DNA from: Methanobacteriota archaeon
GTDB lineage: Archaea; Thermoplasmatota; Poseidoniia; Poseidoniales; Thalassarchaeaceae
Assembly: GCA_002708695.1 (NCBI GenBank)
Contig: PAOZ01000012.1
Span: forward strand, 4,280-68,279
Direction: 5' to 3'
DNA length: 64,000 nucleotides
A model generated the notes under the pieces. The model ran no database searches. It worked only from the letters and a program-made list of their open reading frames with translations, and was not told the DNA's origin. This document shows, piece by piece, positions 23,317 to 29,778 of this stretch (position 1 is the stretch's first letter; each line of letters starts with the position of its first letter). A program made the translations under genes and the position numbers.

Positions 23317-23796
23317 TTATTGACGGCGTCGCCACTCACCCCATACAAGAAGAAATAGACCCAATATGGCAGGAATTGCTTCCAATGGAAGTTGTCTTTT
23401 CACACTAATCTTAACATCAAATTCTCCAGAACCAGATACAGCAATATCTACAGGCTCATCACCTGACATCCTTGTTGATGAAATTGATTCCCAAGAATCA
23501 TTGGATTCACCAGTAAAAGTAAGGACTTCGCCACCCACAAAAGCTTCGATGAAACAAGTTGAATTAGAATCAATACATGATTCGCCACGTAGAATAGAAA
23601 TCTCAATCGCATCATCTGAACCTAAAAATCCTACATCGACACTTGTAAGATAAACGGAGGACCCATCATCTTCTAGATTCACTTCATGAGACGGTATCCA
23701 CAATGCCATAAGAACTGTCCCAATCAACAGTATTGAACCCATCAAAGACGATAGATCCCAGACTGGAATAGGTTCACTCGAACCGCCCGCACCCAT
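23317..23796 (-). CDS. Hypothetical bitopic membrane/secreted protein
   Basis: N-terminal hydrophobic helix (LMGSILLIGTVLMALWI), a D/S-rich beta domain and a C-terminal helix (AIPAILGLFLLVWGEW). The internal ATG at 23796 was chosen to avoid overlap with the Pop5 gene. Confidence 0.45.
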   Translation of the reverse strand: MGAGGSSEPIPVWDLSSLMGSILLIGTVLMALWIPSHEVNLEDDGSSVYLTSVDVGFLGSDDAIEISILRGESCIDSNSTCFIEAFVGGEVLTFTGESNDSWESISSTRMSGDEPVDIAVSGSGEFDVKISVKRQLPLEAIPAILGLFLLVWGEWRRRQ

Positions 23797-23827
23797 ATTC
23801 TGCCCGAGAGAATCAAAGGTATGAATA

Positions 23828-24136
23828 CTATCTACGAACTCTCGGCTTTGGAATCCCAAGACGATCTCTAACAAGCCTAATTTTACCTGAGGTAGTCAAG
23901 GTCTCTATTCGACTATCTAACTGGCATTTAAAGATAAAGTCACTAACTTCAGATAAGTTAATTCTCACAATTGCTCTATTTTCTTCACCTATTAATTCCA
24001 AATCATATAACTTAGCAGAACTGGTAGGGAAAATTTGTTCAATTATCGAATTCAAATCATTGCGATTGATGTCCGCGGAAATTCGAATGCCTACCCAACG
24101 CCGCTTCGGACGCTTTGCCTTAGATGGGCCTGCCAT
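23828..24136 (-). CDS. rnp2: Ribonuclease P protein component 2 (Pop5/Rpp14-like)
   Basis: 102 aa. 'KRPKRRWVGIRISAD', 'RAIVRINLSEV' and 'TLTTSGKIRLVRDRL' parallel the KKRYIxF / GIVRCxR / SGTIK signature blocks of archaeal Pop5. Confidence 0.6.
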   Translation of the reverse strand: MAGPSKAKRPKRRWVGIRISADINRNDLNSIIEQIFPTSSAKLYDLELIGEENRAIVRINLSEVSDFIFKCQLDSRIETLTTSGKIRLVRDRLGIPKPRVRR

Positions 24137-24185
24137 GACCCATTGAGGGTTGTCCGTTTATTTCAGTCCCCACTATCGGAGACTC

Positions 24186-25298
24186 ATGGAAAGTGCCAAT
24201 GGAGACTTACCTATTGAAAGTCCTTGGGACTTAGTAAAGATACTTCTTTCTCCAAAAACTCTTCCTCATGTCTTCCTATTAATTATAGGGACTGGGGGGC
24301 TTTTTGCTCTTATTTCAATAATTGATAACGACCCTGGTTTTGCAGCAATTATCTTTACTTCAGCAATGCTTTCGTACATTCTCCTAGGCATATTTGGTAA
24401 CAAACCAACAATTTTCAAATGGTTACAAACAAGTAGATACTCTACTTCACTAGGTAGAATTTTGGGGCCATTAACGCTACCAATTTCATTAATGGGGATT
24501 ATATCTAGTATTATTTTGTTAACCATTGGAGGAGATAAACAAATTAGAGATATATGGGCTATTTCTCTAGCTTCACTATTCATTTTCTGGTCAATAGGAC
24601 AAGGATTGGCTCTCAGAAGCAGTATAAGAGATATTTTTCTTAGATCTAAATCAAGTAATAATTCAGAAAAAATTGCCCCAACCAACTGGGATTTACGTCG
24701 CCTATACATTGGAACCCTCATTTTCACTGCATCTATATCTATTGTAAGAGGGGCTGTCATTCCAAATGCTTTAGGCAGTAATTCTAATCTAATTTCTTGG
24801 CTACTTTATTTCTTGGTTTGCTTCTCCATAATTTTGATGTTTCTTCAAATTGCTAAAGATAACATTATTCCATTCGACACTTCTTGGACAAAGGGAGATA
24901 AAACCAGAGTGCATCGTACCAGTCAACTAATTATTTTCCTAATTGTTTGGCATTTCTCAAGTGCATGGTCAAAACTTTCAGGTGAATCAAGTGGAGCGAT
25001 TCTAATCGAAGAAGTAGTCTTAGTTATAGTGACAGTTGTGAGCGCTGTATGGGCAATGAGCAACAAAAATAAAAGCAACATTCAGTTTATTTCTAAGGAT
25101 ACAGCAATCCTCTGGGCAATTGCTTTTGGTTTTGGTTATGCAGGTTCAATTACAGTAATTTCTGGACTTACAGAATCTGTCTTAGGAGATATATCACAAA
25201 CATTGGGGATTGGGCATGTACTAACCGCAGTTACACTACTTATCGGATTTAATGATTCAATATCTAGGACTAAATTAATCCACTCCGAAGAAGAATAA
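24186..25298 (+). CDS. Polytopic integral membrane protein, unknown function
   Basis: About 10 hydrophobic helices across the ORF. The first ATG is used; the track start at 24150 is a TTG. Confidence 0.55.
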   Translation: MESANGDLPIESPWDLVKILLSPKTLPHVFLLIIGTGGLFALISIIDNDPGFAAIIFTSAMLSYILLGIFGNKPTIFKWLQTSRYSTSLGRILGPLTLPISLMGIISSIILLTIGGDKQIRDIWAISLASLFIFWSIGQGLALRSSIRDIFLRSKSSNNSEKIAPTNWDLRRLYIGTLIFTASISIVRGAVIPNALGSNSNLISWLLYFLVCFSIILMFLQIAKDNIIPFDTSWTKGDKTRVHRTSQLIIFLIVWHFSSAWSKLSGESSGAILIEEVVLVIVTVVSAVWAMSNKNKSNIQFISKDTAILWAIAFGFGYAGSITVISGLTESVLGDISQTLGIGHVLTAVTLLIGFNDSISRTKLIHSEEE

Positions 25299-25305
25299 AA
25301 ACAAA

Positions 25306-26229
25306 TTATAATCCTGAAAGAACAGCAATTACTCTAACTTCTCCAGCCATTTCACGATCAATTGATGCTCCATAAATAACATTGCAATTTTCATGAAGGC
25401 CTTTTGTGAAAGACTCGGCAATATGATCAAAATCTCGTAAAGATACTGCGCTTCCTCCTTCAATATGCAATAAACAAGCCGCAGCATTAGCAATGTCTAT
25501 CCTTTCCAAAGGGGCATCGAAAGCAGAACGAAAAATTCGATCCGCGTCAACAGCCATTCCTTCACCAACTAAAACAGTTGATCTGCCAGCTTGTGCGAGA
25601 ATTGTTCTCAAGTCCATCAAATCGAGATTAATTACACCCATTCTGGCTTGAGTGCGAATTATTCCACCAATAAGGCTTGAAACCCAACCACCTCCATCTT
25701 CCCAAGAAATACCTCTCTTCATACTACGTTGAGCTAAAGATGAAAGTGAAATCCCTATAGTAGCATGAGAAGCAGATTCTAAACGAGGTCTGGATAGTCG
25801 TGCCCATCTCATTCGAGATACCTGATCTTCGAAAGGTAAGCCCGAAATAGTAACCACTAATGCACCTGAAGAACGTGCTTGTTCGGCAATCCAAATACTG
25901 GCTCCACCTCCTACTCCGCCACCCAAAACAGTTGAAATCAAAACTAATTCGGCTCTTTCGAACATCTTACTAAAAACATGAGCGAATTCGCTAGTCCAAG
26001 AAGCAGATAATTCAGGCATTATCCCATGATTTACTTCATTAGGACCGATATGAATTGTAGATGCATTAGGATATTCCTCAAAAGAAGAAGAATCTGAATC
26101 TACTAACAATAAATCAGCAGCATTTTCCAAATCTGAATGGGCTTTTTTTGCCCACCGGCATCCAATACCACCTACTCCTACGAGAAGTAAAGCACCATCA
26201 TGCATTTGCTCACTAATCCTCGTCATCAT
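25306..26229 (-). CDS. Divergent FtsZ/tubulin-family protein with degenerate GTP-binding motifs and no C-terminal tail
   Basis: Collinear with FtsZ over both domains: 'LLLVGVGGIGCRWAKKA' (G1), 'ELVLISTVLGGGVGGGASIWIAEQARSSGALVVTISGLPFEDQVSRMRWA' (T4 signature region plus PFxFEG), 'GVINLDLMDLRTIL' (T7 NxDxxD) and '...VRVIAVLSGL' at the end. An alternative start lies at 26205. Confidence 0.7.
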   Translation of the reverse strand: MMTRISEQMHDGALLLVGVGGIGCRWAKKAHSDLENAADLLLVDSDSSSFEEYPNASTIHIGPNEVNHGIMPELSASWTSEFAHVFSKMFERAELVLISTVLGGGVGGGASIWIAEQARSSGALVVTISGLPFEDQVSRMRWARLSRPRLESASHATIGISLSSLAQRSMKRGISWEDGGGWVSSLIGGIIRTQARMGVINLDLMDLRTILAQAGRSTVLVGEGMAVDADRIFRSAFDAPLERIDIANAAACLLHIEGGSAVSLRDFDHIAESFTKGLHENCNVIYGASIDREMAGEVRVIAVLSGL

Positions 26230-26527
26230 AGGTCAAGTAACGTTGATACCTTCGCCGTTCATCTCTGGCCCAAGCATTATCAGGTTCTAATTCCAGTACC
26301 TTTCCATAATATTCAACCGCTTTTTCAAATTCAGACAAATATCGCCCATACAAATGTCCCAAATTAGAAAGTACTGGAATACAAATTGGATCGTCTTCAA
26401 GCATCCTAACTAGTAACTCTTCAGCTTGCCCTAAATCCATAGATTCCATCAAGGATTCTGCGCTATCTAATTGTTCCAACTGAAAATCAGAAAGCCGATA
26501 TATGTTCTTCCATGCGGGGCCCGCCAT
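26213..26527 (-). CDS. Small TPR-repeat protein
   Basis: 'LGQAEELLVRMLEDDPICIPVLSNLGHLYGRYLSEFEKAVEYYGKVLELEPDNAWA' is TPR-like. Its stop overlaps or abuts the FtsZ-like start. The internal ATG at 26527 is preferred over the track start at 26656. Confidence 0.55.
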   Translation of the reverse strand: MAGPAWKNIYRLSDFQLEQLDSAESLMESMDLGQAEELLVRMLEDDPICIPVLSNLGHLYGRYLSEFEKAVEYYGKVLELEPDNAWARDERRRYQRYLTYDDED

Positions 26528-26670
26528 ACTTGCAGGACAGTAAGGACAGGGCTTGAAACATGCGGAGAATTTTGTTGAAAACGAGTAGTTTTCAAGCAAT
26601 AAATTCAATTCAATTTGCAACGAACCTGATGGTACGCTGTCCATCGAAAAAAACAATTCTTAAGCCAATG

Positions 26671-26677
26671 TTAATAT
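26671..26677 (+). promoter_or_regulatory. Candidate archaeal TATA box for the Rieske/cytochrome b operon (leaderless transcript model)
   Basis: TTAATAT is centred about 27 nt upstream of the ATG at 26701, and there is no Shine-Dalgarno motif in between. Confidence 0.3.
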
Positions 26678-26700
26678 CCTCTTTTCCGGTCGCCTACAAC

Positions 26701-27567
26701 ATGGGCATCGACAGTCCGTGGACTGGACCTATTAGACGGGTCTTTGCGCTTTGCCTGCTTCTTACGATTTTAGCAATCAGTCCCTCGTCTGTATATGCCT
26801 GGCCAGGTGGAATCGGAGGCGATCAAGATAACAAAGGAGATGTCGCTATTTCTGGATGTACATGCCATAATGTCGAAGTAAGTGAAAGTGTCACAATAAT
26901 ACTTGACAATGTTCCCACAACTTATACTTCAGGTGAAAACTATGAGATGATGATTCAAATTATTGGAGGGCCAGAATATCACTCTGGAGGGTCAGATTAT
27001 AGTGCAGGATTTTCAATGCGAGTTTCAGCTGGAACCCTAGGTGCAGGAGAAGGCTCTGAAGATTATGTGTCGGCAGCACCGGAAACATTCAATGGCCCTC
27101 CAAGTGAAGATACGCAAACTCTATCGCACACCAAAGCAGGAGGGAATTTAGAATCAAGGTCATGGAATATTATCTGGACAGCACCTGATTCAGAAAGTGG
27201 ACCAGTAATAATTTGGCTTGTAGGAAATTCAGTAAATGGCGATGGAGTCCCTGGTCCTCAAGACATGTGGAATAGACTCTCGGCAGTTATCATTGAAGGC
27301 GAAGATGATGGGAACCGGCGAACTGTCTTTTCAGGGGATGGAAATATTGAGCCTCCTGCCCCTCCCTCTTCCGGTCACACAGACCTCCACCATATGGGTG
27401 CTAAATTTAGAGCTCATTGGCTAGGACTTCTCGGTTTCCTATCTGTAATCTTAGTTCTGATCTTTTGCGGATTTTTCTTACGCTATGGATTTAGTAGACA
27501 TTATGAAGGAAGGAGTAACCTGCTGAAACTTAGAATTAAACATCTTAGAAGGGGTGATCAACTATGA
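26701..27567 (+). CDS. Secreted, C-terminally anchored Reeler-like/'WTAP' domain protein with CxCH motif
   Basis: Signal peptide (VFALCLLLTILAISPSSVYA), 'ISGCTCHN', 'GFSMRVSAGTL', 'WNIIWTAPDSESGPVIIWLVGNSVNGDG', a C-terminal TM helix (WLGLLGFLSVILVLIFCGFFL) and a basic tail. The upstream part of track ORF 26560 is discarded. Confidence 0.6.
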   Translation: MGIDSPWTGPIRRVFALCLLLTILAISPSSVYAWPGGIGGDQDNKGDVAISGCTCHNVEVSESVTIILDNVPTTYTSGENYEMMIQIIGGPEYHSGGSDYSAGFSMRVSAGTLGAGEGSEDYVSAAPETFNGPPSEDTQTLSHTKAGGNLESRSWNIIWTAPDSESGPVIIWLVGNSVNGDGVPGPQDMWNRLSAVIIEGEDDGNRRTVFSGDGNIEPPAPPSSGHTDLHHMGAKFRAHWLGLLGFLSVILVLIFCGFFLRYGFSRHYEGRSNLLKLRIKHLRRGDQL

Positions 27568-28013
27568 ATAATGACAAATTACTCACACTCCTAAGAGAAG
27601 TGAAGAGTGGTACAGTTTCAATTGATGACGCACGTATAGCTCTCGAAGGAGTATCCCTTAGCGAAGAACAATACAAATCAGCCATTGATCATGGTGTTTT
27701 CAATAAACCAAAACCGGGAACTGTTGTCCGAGCTACAATTTCACCTGCAGCAGAATCTGGACTAATGGTTTTATTCTTTGTTTGGGGATTATTTTGGACC
27801 ACATATTGGGCATTTACTCTCACATACGGTTTACTAAATGGGTGGGATCAACAACAACTGGCATTCCATCTTGGAATGACGTTGATGACTCTAATAATGA
27901 TGGGCATAATCTATCTTCGATTCGTGTTGCCTGACCTAGTAGTTGTCAAACATAGAAGAAACAAATATATCCCACCAAAAGATACTAATTCTTGGAAAAA
28001 ATATGATGCATGA
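27564..28013 (+). CDS. Small membrane protein (N-terminal SHOCT-like helix pair plus 2-3 TM helices)
   Basis: ATGA overlap with the upstream gene. 'LLTLLREVKSGTVSIDDARIALEG' is followed by hydrophobic helices. Confidence 0.55.
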   Translation: MNNDKLLTLLREVKSGTVSIDDARIALEGVSLSEEQYKSAIDHGVFNKPKPGTVVRATISPAAESGLMVLFFVWGLFWTTYWAFTLTYGLLNGWDQQQLAFHLGMTLMTLIMMGIIYLRFVLPDLVVVKHRRNKYIPPKDTNSWKKYDA

Positions 28014-28022
28014 GGAGTAAAT

Positions 28023-28880
28023 ATGAGTCGTAAATTCAAACTACGTCCTTCTCCAGGAGAAGTTGACGAGGTTACTGTTGGTGGCTCCAGAATGATTGAT
28101 AGGAGAGATTTTATTCGGCATTCATTCAATAGTGCTGCTGGAGTAATTGCAGCAGCTTCACTTGGTTCAATCGGATTCGCTGCATTACTAATGGGGACTG
28201 CTGAGACTGACGGAGGAGATTCAGCAGTTCGATTTTGGGTGCCTTCTGGTGCAGAAGATAGCGCTTGGTACGGAGATTTACACCTTGAACCAATGACAAA
28301 ATCAGTTTTTGAGGCTGAGGCTGCAAATTCATCCACGGGAATGGCGGGTGCCGCTGGAGTTTGGAGTGGGTTGCCGGTTACTGTAATCTATGTCCCTCAT
28401 GAAGAAAACGATGGTACTGCACCAGTTGAAAACAAGCCACGATTTCAATTTGGTGATGGATACGATCAAGCAGGAGCATATATTGGATATGGGGGAGAAA
28501 TGGAAGAAGATGCTACATATTCAGACCTTGCAATTCATAATAACATGGTGATAGTTTTCAGCAGATGCCCTCACTTATGTTGCATCCCAGGTTGGCAACT
28601 AGTTCCCAACGACTTTACCGCAGATACTTGGTACCCAGGGGGAACTGACTCAGGAGGAAACAAATTATTCTGCATTTGTCATTCAAGTCGATATGACCCT
28701 ACCATGATTGAGAAAAACCAGAACCGTAACCGAACAAATGGTACAATGTTCGAATACTTCGGAATTAAATTGACGGGAGGACCTGCTCCAGTAGGAATGC
28801 CTCTAATACCATTTGAAGTAAATGGAGATGTAATTGAGGCTCTTCCTACATATTTGGACTGGTATACATTTTGCGACTGA
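28023..28880 (+). CDS. Rieske [2Fe-2S] protein with twin-arginine signal
   Basis: TAT motif 'DRRDFIRHS' plus an h-region. Rieske ligand boxes 'CPHLCCIPGW' (CxH) and 'CICHSSRYD' (CxxH). Confidence 0.85.
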   Translation: MSRKFKLRPSPGEVDEVTVGGSRMIDRRDFIRHSFNSAAGVIAAASLGSIGFAALLMGTAETDGGDSAVRFWVPSGAEDSAWYGDLHLEPMTKSVFEAEAANSSTGMAGAAGVWSGLPVTVIYVPHEENDGTAPVENKPRFQFGDGYDQAGAYIGYGGEMEEDATYSDLAIHNNMVIVFSRCPHLCCIPGWQLVPNDFTADTWYPGGTDSGGNKLFCICHSSRYDPTMIEKNQNRNRTNGTMFEYFGIKLTGGPAPVGMPLIPFEVNGDVIEALPTYLDWYTFCD

Positions 28881-28891
28881 GGTGAAAAAAA

Positions 28892-29764
28892 ATGATTGAA
28901 TCAATAGTTCTCTGGATTTTCTTAGCAGTAATCCTAGTCATAGTTGCGTTCACCCTAAGAAAAGAACGCGAGGAAGTCCCTAGAAAGGAGATCTTGAGAG
29001 CAGTTCAAACCACCGCAGGACCAGGAGGAATGGGGCTTCTAGAGAAATCATTCCTTTGGGCATTTTCATGGATGGATACAAGATTCAGAATGCAAGATTA
29101 TTGGGCAATGTCAAGAGATGCATATTACAGTATGCATCGACAAATGCCTCTAACTCATGCAGAAAAATACAAACTAAGAATAATTTGGTATTGGTACCCT
29201 CTATATTGCTTAGGAGGAATTTCATTCCTAGCATTCATTATATTGGTAATCACGGGAACCATTCTTGGAATCTATTATGTTCCAGGAGGGCAAGGAGACC
29301 CTACTCCCGCATATGCTAGCATGGAATTCATCATGACTCAATTGCCATTTGGATATATTATTAGATCCATTCATCATTGGACAACTCACTTCATGGTTGC
29401 AGCAGTTTTCCTCCACATGTGCAGAGTATACTTCACAGGAGCATACCGCAATCCTCGAGAGTTAAACTGGCTAATTGGCGTGGCACTGATGTTTTTCACC
29501 ATCTTCTTTGGATATTCGGGATATCTGCTTCCTTGGGACGCTCTGGCATTTGGAGCTGCTACAATTGGAATCAATATGGCGAATGCAACACCACTAATTG
29601 GACCATGGGTTGCAACTGCAATGTTTGGAGGAAGCACCCTAACATATCAAGCAGTAACAAGAATGTATTTCATCCACGTTTTCATCCTACCAGTTCTAGT
29701 TACAACTTTGATAATCATCCATTTGTTCATTGTATGGGTCCAAGGAGTTGCTGAACCGCACTGA
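28892..29764 (+). CDS. Cytochrome b, N-terminal (b6-like) half
   Basis: 'IRSIHHWTTHFMVAAVFLHMCRVYFTGAYRNPRELNWLIGVALMFFTIFFGYSGYLLPWD' carries the bis-His heme-ligand helices and the PREL/GYxLPW signature. There are additional TM helices. Confidence 0.85.
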   Translation: MIESIVLWIFLAVILVIVAFTLRKEREEVPRKEILRAVQTTAGPGGMGLLEKSFLWAFSWMDTRFRMQDYWAMSRDAYYSMHRQMPLTHAEKYKLRIIWYWYPLYCLGGISFLAFIILVITGTILGIYYVPGGQGDPTPAYASMEFIMTQLPFGYIIRSIHHWTTHFMVAAVFLHMCRVYFTGAYRNPRELNWLIGVALMFFTIFFGYSGYLLPWDALAFGAATIGINMANATPLIGPWVATAMFGGSTLTYQAVTRMYFIHVFILPVLVTTLIIIHLFIVWVQGVAEPH

Positions 29765-29778
29765 TAGGAGGAGATTAA

